Origin: Lachnospiraceae bacterium | GTDB lineage: Bacteria > Bacillota > Clostridia > Lachnospirales > Lachnospiraceae | Reading direction: 5' to 3' | Assembly (NCBI GenBank): GCA_045597325.1 | Contig: JAZLJJ010000011.1 | Span: forward strand, 14,426-78,425 | Length of the DNA: 64,000 bases | Shown: piece after piece, positions 11,526 to 20,160 of the stretch | Layout: each line of letters starts with the position of its first letter | How positions within the stretch are numbered: position 1 is the stretch's first letter | Position numbers and translations under genes: made by a program | The notes under the pieces: model-generated | What the model was told of the DNA's origin: nothing | Database searches by the model: none | The model's input: the letters and a program-made list of their open reading frames with translations, nothing else

Positions 11526-13547
11526 ATGATAGAACAAGGAAGCTTATCCATTAATTCGGACAATATATTTCCGATTATCAAGAAATGGTTATATTCCGAT
11601 CACGATATTTTTGTAAGAGAGCTGGTTTCCAACGGATGCGACGCGATTACCAAGCTGAAGAAGCTGTCACTGATCGGCGAAGCACAGTTGCCGGATGACA
11701 ACGAGTGGAAGATTACCGTCAGAATTAATCCGGAAGAGAAAACGCTGACGTTTATCGATAACGGTATCGGTATGACGGCGGAGGAAGTCAGGGAATACAT
11801 CAACCAGATTGCATTTTCCGGCGCAACCGATTTCCTGAGCAAATACAAGGACAAGGCCAGCGAGGACCAGATTATCGGTCATTTCGGTCTCGGATTTTAC
11901 AGCGCATTTATGGTTGCTCACAAGGTAACCATCGAGACATTGTCGTACAAGGATGGAGCAAAGGCGGTTTATTGGGAATCCGAAGAAGGTATGGAATTCG
12001 AAATGGATGAGTCCGACCGGACAGAGCGCGGAACGGAGATTACGCTGTATCTGAACGAGGACAGCTATGAATTTTCCAATGAGTACCGAATCAGGGAAAT
12101 CCTGAATAAGTACTGTTCCTTTATGCCGGTTCCGATTTTCTTTGAGGACGAAACCAAGCCGGCGGAAGAACCGAAGGAAGAAGTTGTCGATGCGGAAGTC
12201 AGCGAAGACGGCACCGAAGCAAAGCCGGTTGAGAAGAACGCACCGAAGCCGATAAATGAAATCAATCCGCTGTTTTTGCATACACCGAGTGATTGCACGG
12301 AGGAGGAATATAAGACCTTTTACCGCGATACGTTCCATGATTACAAAGAGCCGCTGTTCTGGATTCATTTGAACATGGATTATCCGTTCAACCTGAAGGG
12401 AATTCTGTATTTCCCCAAGATTAATACGGAATACGACAGCCTGGACGGAACGATTAAGCTGTACAACAATCAGGTCTTTATTGCGGACAATATCAAAGAG
12501 GTAATTCCGGAATTTTTGATGCTGTTAAAGGGTGTCATCGACTGCCCCGATATCCCGCTCAACGTTTCCCGAAGCGCTTTGCAGAATGACGGTTTCGTGA
12601 AGAAAATCAGCGATTACATTTCCAAGAAGGTTGCCGACAAGCTGTCCGGTATGTTCAAGACCGACCGGGAAGCGTATGAAAAATGCTGGGATGACATTTG
12701 CCCGTTTATCAAATACGGCTGCCTGAAGGATTCGAAGTTCCGCGACAAGATGAAGGACTTCATCATTTATAAAAATCTGAGCGGCGAATATCTGACACTG
12801 CCCGATTATGTGGCTGCAGCCAAGGAAACGGCAGAACCGGAGAAGGCAACCGAGGCAACCGAAAATGCCGAAACCGCTGCCAATGCCGAAACCGCTGCAA
12901 ACGGCGAAACAACCGAAAATCAGGATGCGACATCGGAAAAGAAGGAGCCGGAGAAGACGACGGTTTACTATGTTACCGATGAGAAGCAGCAGAGCCAGTA
13001 TATCAATATGTTCAAAGAAAACGGTATGGATGCGCTGATTATGACGCATCGGATTGACCAGCCGTTTATTACGCAGTTGGAGCAGGACAACGATACGGTT
13101 GCATTTAAGAGAATCGATGCCGATGTTACGGATACGATGAAGGAAGCAACCGACGGAGAGGAACTGAAGGCCATGGCAGAATCGCTGACCGAGCTGTTCC
13201 GCAGAAAGCTGAATGATTCCGAACTGGATGTGAAGCTGGAAAAACTGAAGAACAGCAATGTGTCTGCAATGATTACGCTGTCGGAAGAAAGCCGCCGTAT
13301 GCAGGATATGATGGCAATGTACGGAATGGCACCGGGCAGCTTCGGAAAACAGGATCAGACGCTGGTGCTGAATGCCAATAACAGTCTCGTACAGTATGTC
13401 AGTGAGCATGCCGACGATGACAATACGGGACTTCTGTGCGAGCAGATTTACGATTTGGCACGCTTGGCACACGGCCCGCTCGAACCCGATGACATGACGA
13501 AGTTCATGGAACGAAGCAACCGTCTGATGGGATTGATGATTCAGTAA
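11526..13547 (+). CDS. htpG: molecular chaperone HtpG (Hsp90)
   Basis: N-terminal GHKL motif IFVRELVSNGCDAI and IGHFGLGFYSAFMVA. Acidic repeat linker. GGAGG RBS before ATG 11526 (the ORF is open from 11406). Confidence 0.95.
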   Translation: MIEQGSLSINSDNIFPIIKKWLYSDHDIFVRELVSNGCDAITKLKKLSLIGEAQLPDDNEWKITVRINPEEKTLTFIDNGIGMTAEEVREYINQIAFSGATDFLSKYKDKASEDQIIGHFGLGFYSAFMVAHKVTIETLSYKDGAKAVYWESEEGMEFEMDESDRTERGTEITLYLNEDSYEFSNEYRIREILNKYCSFMPVPIFFEDETKPAEEPKEEVVDAEVSEDGTEAKPVEKNAPKPINEINPLFLHTPSDCTEEEYKTFYRDTFHDYKEPLFWIHLNMDYPFNLKGILYFPKINTEYDSLDGTIKLYNNQVFIADNIKEVIPEFLMLLKGVIDCPDIPLNVSRSALQNDGFVKKISDYISKKVADKLSGMFKTDREAYEKCWDDICPFIKYGCLKDSKFRDKMKDFIIYKNLSGEYLTLPDYVAAAKETAEPEKATEATENAETAANAETAANGETTENQDATSEKKEPEKTTVYYVTDEKQQSQYINMFKENGMDALIMTHRIDQPFITQLEQDNDTVAFKRIDADVTDTMKEATDGEELKAMAESLTELFRRKLNDSELDVKLEKLKNSNVSAMITLSEESRRMQDMMAMYGMAPGSFGKQDQTLVLNANNSLVQYVSEHADDDNTGLLCEQIYDLARLAHGPLEPDDMTKFMERSNRLMGLMIQ

Positions 13548-13682
13548 CGAAAGAATTTGCCGGACCGTTCGGCAACAACCGAATACCCGGAACTGCGAAA
13601 CAGCAGATTCCGGGTTGCCGGTGAAGGTACGGGCTCTGATTCGGGGCGGAAAAAATGATAGCAGATTTTTTCAAAATGACAC

Positions 13683-13711
13683 TTGACAATTCCGTTTCTT
13701 TGTTGCATAAT
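13683..13711 (+). promoter_or_regulatory. promoter of the tRNA cluster
   Basis: TTGACA (13683-13688), 17 nt, CATAAT (13706-13711). It lies about 25 nt upstream of the first tRNA. Confidence 0.55.
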
Positions 13712-13733
13712 ATCAAAGCACGTTAAAATTTTT

Positions 13734-13807
13734 CGAGGCATGGCTCAGTTTGGTAGAGCGCTGCGTTCGGGACGCAGAGGTCGTGGGTTCGAATCCCGTT
13801 GCCTCGA
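13734..13807 (+). tRNA. tRNA-Pro (anticodon CGG)
   Basis: Hand-folded cloverleaf. Acceptor CGAGGCA/TGCCTCG, D arm GCTC-AGTTTGGTA-GAGC, anticodon arm CTGCG-TTCGGGA-CGCAG, T arm GTGGG-TTCGAAT-CCCGT. Confidence 0.9.
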
Positions 13808-13820
13808 TTCATCCGTGCTT

Positions 13821-13893
13821 GCTGGAATAGCTCAGCCGGTAGAGCACTTCACTCGTAATGAAGGGGTCGTCAGTTCGAATCTGATTTCCAGCT
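13821..13893 (+). tRNA. tRNA-Thr (anticodon CGT)
   Basis: Acceptor GCTGGAA/TTCCAGC, anticodon arm CTTCA-CTCGTAA-TGAAG, T loop TTCGAAT. Confidence 0.9.
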
Positions 13894-13948
13894 TTTATTT
13901 TGCCCAAGCGGACAGAAGGAAAGCAGGAAACAGCATAAGTTAATACTT

Positions 13949-14022
13949 CGAGGCGTGGCTCAGTTTGGTAGAGCACCGTGTTAGGGACGCGGGGGTCGCG
14001 TGTTCAAGTCACGTCGCCTCGA
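13949..14022 (+). tRNA. tRNA-Pro-like with anticodon AGG (A34)
   Basis: Acceptor CGAGGCG/CGCCTCG (like the first Pro tRNA), anticodon arm CCGTG-TTAGGGA-CGCGG, T arm GCGTG-TTCAAGT-CACGT. The loop reads U33-A34-G35-G36-G37. Confidence 0.8.
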
Positions 14023-14026
14023 TACG

Positions 14027-14056
14027 CACCGTATTCATAGAATACGGTGTTTTTTT
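14027..14056 (+). terminator. rho-independent terminator of the tRNA cluster
   Basis: CACCGTATTC-ATA-GAATACGGTG followed by T7. Confidence 0.85.
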
Positions 14057-14220
14057 ATCTCATAGGTAAGTTCGTCCTATGAGATAAAAAAAGCTCCGCG
14101 GGGATGCACACGCCTGTGCAGAGGAAAAATGTCGCTTCGCGGGGATGCACACGTTTTTGGCCGGGGAAATGGTCGCTTCGCGACGCAAAAGCGGCGCAGC
14201 GTGTCATAAGCAACATGCAT
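14057..14220 (+). repeat. structured ~130-nt intergenic element, copy 1 (diverged, with an internal partial duplication)
   Basis: Starts ATCTCATAGGTAAGTTCGTCCTATGAGATAAAAAAAGCTCCGCGGGGATGCACACGCCTGTGCAGAGGAAAAATGTCGCTTCGCG. The GGGGATGCACACG...GTCGCTTCGCGAC module then repeats, and the 3' hairpin is degenerate. Confidence 0.85.
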
Positions 14221-14387
14221 TCATATACGACAGGCTGTTTTACAATTAACAAAAATGTAACGGTTTTGAATGTTGTTTTGTAACAATCGTTTGATATAAT
14301 GAAACCATAGGAACGAAAATACAATGACAGTATCAACCGACGCATGAGAAAACGCAGAGAATAAAAAGCAATGAGGAGGTAAGGAGT

Positions 14388-15923
14388 ATGATAAAAGATA
14401 TCCTGATAATTGCGGGAATAGCCCTGCTTTTGGCAGCAGTGATTGTGATTACTTTTTTGGCATATCGATATAAAGCGGTACTGCAGACGTTATCGGAAGC
14501 AGAAACGGATTTGGACAAGGCAGAGGTACGGGCCAATCAGGCCGAGGATTTGTATCGGAATTGCAACCGTACCAGGGAAATGACCGAGCAGGAACTGGAA
14601 ACCCTGAAACAGCAGTACGGGAAAGTCAGCAAACTGGCTTATACCGATATGAATTCCGATTTACCGAACAGCCGCATGCTGACGGAGGCATTTGACAAAG
14701 CCATCCGGACGGTCGGACCGTCGACGGGCGCCATCGGTGTTGCCATGTTTGAATTCCGGAATCCGAACGAATCCGGTGTCGGATTTTTCAGCAGAAGTCA
14801 TGCGGAGCTGAAGCAGGAAATGATTCAGCGCCTGAAGAGCGCGCAAAATGAAGCGGACGATCTTCTGGTCAGCATGACCGACAACGCATTTGCCCTGATG
14901 ACGGAGCATGTGTCCATGCGGAAGGATTACGAGGGAAAAATCGATAAATTGTTTAAAATGCTGACGCTGCCGTTAATGAGCAACGGAGTGGAGATTCTGC
15001 CGGTAGTGTACGGAGCGGTGACAATCGCACCGACAGACGGCAATTCCATGCAGTTAGTGATGATGAATCTTGGTCTGGCAATGGATGAGGCCATGACTCA
15101 GAAGGACAGTACATACTGTTTTTATAAGCCCGACATGGCCAAAAAGGTGATGGATGAAATGGAGCGCCAGGGTGCGGTAACGGAGGCTATCCGAAACGAC
15201 AAACTCGAATATTTGCTGACACCGCAGGTCAATCTGGCAAGCGGCCGCAGCGACATTTTCGCACTGACTCCGATGCTTGGCAACGGTGTCAACATTGTCG
15301 GTTCGGAATTGCTGAAAATGCTCGATAACAGCGGAATGTCCATTGTCGTATATGAAAATATGCTTCGCAAGGTTTGTGAGTATTTGCAGCAGTACACCGA
15401 ACAGGGCTATACGGACATTTGCATTACCGTTCCCGTAACGGACCGGATGTTCCAAAACAGAGAGTTTATCAAGACCACATATGACGTTCTTCAGAATTTG
15501 GAAATCGATATGCAGCGCGTTCGATTTGAACTGACGGCCTGCGCGATTACGAAGAATCCGAAGGAAGCAGCGGACAAGATGAGAAAAATGACCAACTTCG
15601 GCGTGCGGTTTGTCCTGAAAACGGAGGGGATTCCGGAGGTTCCGGCGTGGTTGCTGATGAACATGCCGATTGCCGCATGGAAACTGACGAAGGTACGGCA
15701 GGACGGTTTGGATTCGGATGAATTTTCCCGGTTACTGTCGGTTTATGTCAATACGGCACATTCGTTCCGGGCGGATATCATTTGCTCCGGTGTGGATGAC
15801 CCGATTCAGGAAGAACTGCTCCGCGGATGCGGCATGGATTATGCCGAAGGACGCTTGTACGGTGGAGCAATGACCGAGGAACTGATCGGCGGATATCTGG
15901 CAGCACGCGTAAAAACGATGTAA
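14388..15923 (+). CDS. membrane-anchored protein with degenerate GGDEF and degenerate EAL domains
   Basis: 511 aa with an N-terminal TM helix and coiled coil. GGDEF-like region YTDMNSDLPNSRML...SMTDNAFALM (the GGDEF motif is lost). EAL-like region LLTPQVNLASGRSDIFALTP (EAL becomes FAL) ... YAEGRLYG. Confidence 0.7.
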   Translation: MIKDILIIAGIALLLAAVIVITFLAYRYKAVLQTLSEAETDLDKAEVRANQAEDLYRNCNRTREMTEQELETLKQQYGKVSKLAYTDMNSDLPNSRMLTEAFDKAIRTVGPSTGAIGVAMFEFRNPNESGVGFFSRSHAELKQEMIQRLKSAQNEADDLLVSMTDNAFALMTEHVSMRKDYEGKIDKLFKMLTLPLMSNGVEILPVVYGAVTIAPTDGNSMQLVMMNLGLAMDEAMTQKDSTYCFYKPDMAKKVMDEMERQGAVTEAIRNDKLEYLLTPQVNLASGRSDIFALTPMLGNGVNIVGSELLKMLDNSGMSIVVYENMLRKVCEYLQQYTEQGYTDICITVPVTDRMFQNREFIKTTYDVLQNLEIDMQRVRFELTACAITKNPKEAADKMRKMTNFGVRFVLKTEGIPEVPAWLLMNMPIAAWKLTKVRQDGLDSDEFSRLLSVYVNTAHSFRADIICSGVDDPIQEELLRGCGMDYAEGRLYGGAMTEELIGGYLAARVKTM

Positions 15924-16070
15924 AAAAGAAGAGGCTCATTTTGTGACATATGCACGGTTTTTGAACCCATGAAGAAAGGAAACGGCGTAGAGATTTTGTA
16001 CAAATCAAACCAAATCGGAGGCGTCGATTCTGAGACCGGAAGTCTTGCATTTGCATAGGGAAACTGATAC

Positions 16071-16111
16071 AATCAGAGTTACCGAAAAATCTGCGGTGAC
16101 TCTGATTTTTT
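16071..16111 (+). terminator. rho-independent terminator
   Basis: ATCAGAGTTACCG...CGGTGACTCTGAT followed by T7. Confidence 0.8.
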
Positions 16112-16113
16112 TC

Positions 16114-16242
16114 ATCTCATAGGAACGTTCGTCCTATGAGATAAAGAACGCTCCGCGAGGATGCACACGCCTGTGCAGAGGAAAAATGTCGCTTCGCGAC
16201 ACACAGGCGGCGCGAGCATATCGTAAGCGATATGCTTTGTTC
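16114..16242 (+). repeat. structured ~130-nt intergenic element, copy 2
   Basis: ATCTCATAGGAACGTTCGTCCTATGAGATAAAGAACGCTCCGCGAGGATGCACACGCCTGTGCAGAGGAAAAATGTCGCTTCGCGACACACAGGCGGCGCGAGCATATCGTAAGCGATATGCTTTGTTC. Confidence 0.95.
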
Positions 16243-16329
16243 GAAACTTCATTGAATCGATTCATGAAACTCATACAGAACGAATATTGAAGAAAGGTGT
16301 CGGCAGGCAATGCCGATGGTGTGTTTACT

Positions 16330-17301
16330 ATGGAGAAATTTCATGAATTTTGCGAAACGCTGAGAACCGGGACGGAAGAGACAATGGGAACCGGGTATGA
16401 GGTGTCGCTTCGAACGGTGAAGAAGAATAACAATGTGACTTTGACGGGACTGATGATTCGGGAGGATGGGGCCAATGTCATTCCGACCATTTATCTGGAT
16501 CCGTATTATGAGCAGTATCTGGAGGGAAGATTGCTGACGGGAATCGAAGAAGAGATTCTTGATATTTATCGAAAGAACCGTGTGCCCCGGCAGACAGAAC
16601 TGAGTCTGGATTACGAGTCCGTAAAGGAGCGGATTTTCTTTTTGATGATGAATCGCGGCCTGAATCACGAAATGTTAGAATCCATGCCGCATGTGGAAAT
16701 CGGTGATTTGGCGGTTGGATTTCAGTGGATTGTTGATTTGGAGGAACGGCAAATCGGTGCTGTGAGGATTACCGAAGATCAGACGGCCATGTGGAATGTG
16801 ACAACGGAAGAACTGATTCGGGATGCACTGAACAATACGGTGCGTTCCCTGCCGCCGGTGCTGAAAAGCATCGAGGATGTACTGCGGGAAATTCTGATTG
16901 GGGATTCGGGACAGGACGGCAATAAGGAAAATGCGGAGAAACGGGACGAAATCATTCGATTATTGGGAGAAGAGACGGATCGAAAGACATTTCCGATGTA
17001 TGTCCTGTCCAACGAAACCGCACGGCTCGGGGCATCGTCTCTGCTGTCGCTTCCGTTTCTGAATCGGTTCCGCGATACCATCGGAGAGGATTTTTGGATT
17101 CTTCCGTCCAGCATTCATGAGGTCATTCTGGTTCCGGAATCGGAAGTGGAAGACCGGGAAAAACTGAAACAGATGGTACGGGAAATCAACGAGACCCAGG
17201 TGCCGATTCAGGAATTTTTGTCGGATGAGGTGTATCTGTACAGTGAATTTGAGAAACTGATACCCGATTCGTTCCGGACAAGACTGCTGCAGGCCGGTTG
17301 A
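16330..17301 (+). CDS. hypothetical protein, DUF5688-like
   Basis: The ORF is open from 16297 and the first ATG is at 16330. The N-terminus ...KKNNNVTLTGLMIREDGANVIPTIYLDPYYEQY resembles DUF5688 proteins of Lachnospiraceae (recall only). Start uncertain and RBS weak. Confidence 0.5.
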   Translation: MEKFHEFCETLRTGTEETMGTGYEVSLRTVKKNNNVTLTGLMIREDGANVIPTIYLDPYYEQYLEGRLLTGIEEEILDIYRKNRVPRQTELSLDYESVKERIFFLMMNRGLNHEMLESMPHVEIGDLAVGFQWIVDLEERQIGAVRITEDQTAMWNVTTEELIRDALNNTVRSLPPVLKSIEDVLREILIGDSGQDGNKENAEKRDEIIRLLGEETDRKTFPMYVLSNETARLGASSLLSLPFLNRFRDTIGEDFWILPSSIHEVILVPESEVEDREKLKQMVREINETQVPIQEFLSDEVYLYSEFEKLIPDSFRTRLLQAG

Positions 17302-17420
17302 TGCTGTTTGAGCAAGACTGCTGCAGGCAGCTGACGTTGTTTGAGCAAGACTACTGCAGGCCGGTTGACGCTGTTCGGACAAGACTGCTGCAGGCCGGCT
17401 GACACTGTTCGGGCAAAATG
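17281..17420. repeat. tandem repeat, 33-34 bp x 4, starting inside the last codons of the upstream CDS
   Basis: CAAGACTGCTGCAGG recurs at 17289, 17323, 17356 and 17390. Unit 1 holds the TGA stop (17299-17301). Confidence 0.9.
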
Positions 17421-17478
17421 TATTGAGAAGTATCGGAAAAAGAAAATGCCGTACCCGTTCGGGTACGGCAATCGGCAA

Positions 17479-17551
17479 TGCGCCTGAAGGGATTCGAACC
17501 CCCGACCATTGGCTTCGGAAGCCACTACTCTATCCACTGAGCTACAAGCGC
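17479..17551 (-). tRNA. tRNA-Arg (anticodon CCG)
   Basis: The reverse complement folds as GCGCTTG-TA-GCTC-AGTGGATA-GAGT-A-GTGGC-TTCCGAA-GCCAA-TGGTC-GGGGG-TTCGAAT-CCCTT-CAGGCGC-A. A hairpin GCCGTACCCG-TTC-GGGTACGGC plus T-run lies downstream on the - strand (17445-17470). Confidence 0.85.
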
Positions 17552-17625
17552 AGATGCATTTGACGAACGAAAAAGCGGAGTTTCGGAACCCGGAACAGGC
17601 GGCTCTCGTTCTGTCACTGCCCCGT

Positions 17626-17654
17626 ATGATACCACATTTGCCGAATAAAGTAAA
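17626..17654 (-). promoter_or_regulatory. candidate promoter for tRNA-Arg
   Basis: On the - strand: TTTACT, 17 nt, TATCAT with TG at the extended -10 position. Confidence 0.45.
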
Positions 17655-17710
17655 GCATATCTTGAAAGAAAACGAGAGAACGGATATCTTACGACCGCGG
17701 CGGTTGAAAC

Positions 17711-17808
17711 GTGAGAGAACGGAAGCCGGGGAGAGAACGGAAGCAGGCGGGAACGGAAGCAGGCGGGAACGGAAGCCGGGAGAGAACGGAAACAGAGCAA
17801 GAACGAAC
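17711..17808. repeat. short tandem repeats of GAACGGAAGC(A/C)GG, ~16-19 bp x 5
   Basis: gagagaacggaagccgggga / gagaacggaagcaggcgg / gaacggaagcaggcgg / gaacggaagccggga / gagaacggaaacagagc. Confidence 0.85.
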
Positions 17809-17960
17809 TCATGGCGGGAATGACAGCAGAAAATCAACACACTCGGGAAAGAAATATCATATCGGACCGCAGAAACATCATATCATACATTGTTTTTCCG
17901 TCCGGCAAACGGTACAGTGGAAGAAAAATGTTCGCTGAAGCGGACAGATGGGAGAAGGTT

Positions 17961-18914
17961 ATGATTCGATTCGGTATTATGGGATGCGGTTCGATTGCGA
18001 GAAGTTTTTGCGACGGAGCGTCACATGCAAATGATGCAGAGGTCGTTGCGGTAGCCAGCAAGAGCCTGGAGCGTGCGAAGGCACTGGCGGACGAAAAGGG
18101 AATCCGTCGGGCATACGGAGACTACGAAGAACTGTTGAACGACCCGGAAGTGGATGCGGTATATATAGCGACGACAACCAATTATCATTATGAGAATGTA
18201 AAACAGTGTCTGGCGGCTGGGAAGCATGTTCTGTGCGAAAAAGCCATGGTGGAAACCGAGGCGCGTGCGAGAGAACTGTTTGCCCTGGCAGCGGAAAAGA
18301 AACTGTTTCTGATGGAAGGCATGTGGTCCCGATTCCAGCCGAAAACCAAAAAGGTAAGGGAATGGGTGACCGGCGGTGCCATCGGAGACGTTGTCTGCAT
18401 GCAGGCCACTATCGGATTCGGACCGAAGCGGGACATGACCAACCGATTCTTTAATCCGGATCTCGGCGGCGGCGCATGGTATGATATCGGCGTGTATCTG
18501 GCGGATTTGCTGCCGTACTTCGTCGATCAGGAGCTGGTGGATATTTCCTGCGATATGACCTGCGCGGATTCCGGCGTCGATGCGGTTTTGAATATCAACA
18601 TGAAACTGACGTCCTGTCTTGCCAACGGTCAGGCGAGTCTGTATTGCAGAATGCCGGAGACCTGTTATATATACGGAACCGACGGAATGATTGTCATTCC
18701 CGGAATTCATTTTGGAGGAGAAGCGATTCGCTATGATGCTCAGGGAGCGGAGGCAGAACGCTTTGAGGATCCGGAGCCGTACCGGTTCTGTTATGAAATC
18801 AATGAAGTTACGGAATGCATTACGGCGGGACGGCTGACCAGTGAAACGGACAGCCCGGAAATGACCTATGCGACAAGCCGTCTGTATGACCGTTTTTGCC
18901 CAATCAAAAAGTAA
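17961..18914 (+). CDS. Gfo/Idh/MocA family oxidoreductase
   Basis: Rossmann N-terminus MIRFGIMGCGSIARSF and VLCEKAM motif. ATG 17961 has a GGAGAAGG RBS (the ORF is open from 17811). Confidence 0.85.
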   Translation: MIRFGIMGCGSIARSFCDGASHANDAEVVAVASKSLERAKALADEKGIRRAYGDYEELLNDPEVDAVYIATTTNYHYENVKQCLAAGKHVLCEKAMVETEARARELFALAAEKKLFLMEGMWSRFQPKTKKVREWVTGGAIGDVVCMQATIGFGPKRDMTNRFFNPDLGGGAWYDIGVYLADLLPYFVDQELVDISCDMTCADSGVDAVLNINMKLTSCLANGQASLYCRMPETCYIYGTDGMIVIPGIHFGGEAIRYDAQGAEAERFEDPEPYRFCYEINEVTECITAGRLTSETDSPEMTYATSRLYDRFCPIKK

Positions 18915-18950
18915 TCGGAAAAGACCGATTTTCCGACAGAACACAAAAAA

Positions 18951-18988
18951 ACAGCACCGCGCGCGAAAATGAGCCGGTGCTGTTTTTT
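18951..18988. terminator. bidirectional-type rho-independent terminator
   Basis: A-run, ACAGCACCG...CGGTGCTGT, T6. Confidence 0.8.
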
Positions 18989-19155
18989 GATTCGCGCACA
19001 ATCGGTTGTTTTTCTTGCAAAAAATGAGTTTTTGTATTACGATAGAGTGTGTATTTTAAGTGTTGAAAAGACCGTTTCGGGATGATTGGAAAGGTTGCTT
19101 TGAAATGGAGTTCGAAACGGTTCGCAGGATAAACGCAGATGGGAATTAAGACAGT

Positions 19156-20013
19156 ATGAAAAAGATAACAGGAAACCGATGGAGTCGGACAATTGCAATA
19201 TTTTGGCTGGCGCTTGCGGTCATGGGAATGTCGGGTTGCGGTAAGGAGTCAAAGACAAACCAAAGCAGGAATCCGTCACCGACGCCGACGACAGCGGTGC
19301 GACCGACGGACCCCGATACGGATGATGATACGGAACCGGCGTTAAGACCGGAAGCACAACAGCTGTTTCAGTTGAAACGGCCGGTACAGGGCGAGCTGTG
19401 TGCCGAGGTGGTGTTTGACGGATACGGTTCGGTGTTTGTGAAACTGTTCGAGGACCGGGCGAAAAAAGCGGTTGAGAATTTTCGGGCTTTGGCTGCAAAC
19501 GGATATTATAACGGGATTAAGGTGAATCGTATCGTGGCCGATTATATGATTCAGGCAGGTGACCGGGAAGGAACCGGACAGAGCGGAGAGAGCATTTACG
19601 GCGGTGGATTTGCCAATGAAATCAATTCGGATCTGCATCCGATTCGAGGAGCATTGTGCATGGCCAATCTCGGGGACGAATCGACGAATACGACACAGTT
19701 TTTCTTTGTACAGACCAGGAATGAACTGATTCGGGGACTGGCGGAACCGCTGGACAACCGATACCATATGACATTGTCCGAATATTTTGAAGAAGCATAC
19801 GGAACCGGGCTCAGTGACGTTGATTTGGAACTGTACAGGCAGTACGGCGGGGCACCCTGGCTCAACGGGCACAATACCGTGTTCGGACAGATTTACGAAG
19901 GTTATGAGGTGATGGACGCGTTAATGAGCGCCAAAGTAACGTCGCGATTGAAACCGAATCCGTCCGTCATCATTTCCGAGATTCGGATTTTCCGGTTCGG
20001 AGAGACTCAATAG
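19156..20013 (+). CDS. cyclophilin-type peptidyl-prolyl isomerase, lipoprotein
   Basis: Signal peptide with lipobox AVMGMSGC, Pro/Thr/Asp linker, and a cyclophilin core NRIVADYMIQAGD...GALCMAN...NTTQFFFV. Confidence 0.85.
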   Translation: MKKITGNRWSRTIAIFWLALAVMGMSGCGKESKTNQSRNPSPTPTTAVRPTDPDTDDDTEPALRPEAQQLFQLKRPVQGELCAEVVFDGYGSVFVKLFEDRAKKAVENFRALAANGYYNGIKVNRIVADYMIQAGDREGTGQSGESIYGGGFANEINSDLHPIRGALCMANLGDESTNTTQFFFVQTRNELIRGLAEPLDNRYHMTLSEYFEEAYGTGLSDVDLELYRQYGGAPWLNGHNTVFGQIYEGYEVMDALMSAKVTSRLKPNPSVIISEIRIFRFGETQ

Positions 20014-20160
20014 GGATGTTCACAGGATAATCATAAAACCGTGCTATACTGACCGATGAGAAGGCCGCATAACCATGGGCAGACGAACAGGCTGAAGCGG
20101 AATGCGGAACGGGAACAGGACAAGGAAACCTTCGAACCGGAGGGGAAAGGAAGAGGTATT

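Noticed and set aside
13683-13943. An 86-aa ORF across the tRNA cluster.
   Set aside because: It is composed of tRNA-Pro and tRNA-Thr sequence read as protein.
15969-16058. A 29-codon ORF (MKKGNGVEILYKSNQIGGVDSETGSLAFA) as a possible small peptide gene.
   Set aside because: No Shine-Dalgarno sequence upstream, no signal or leader-peptide features, and no adjacent processing or export genes.
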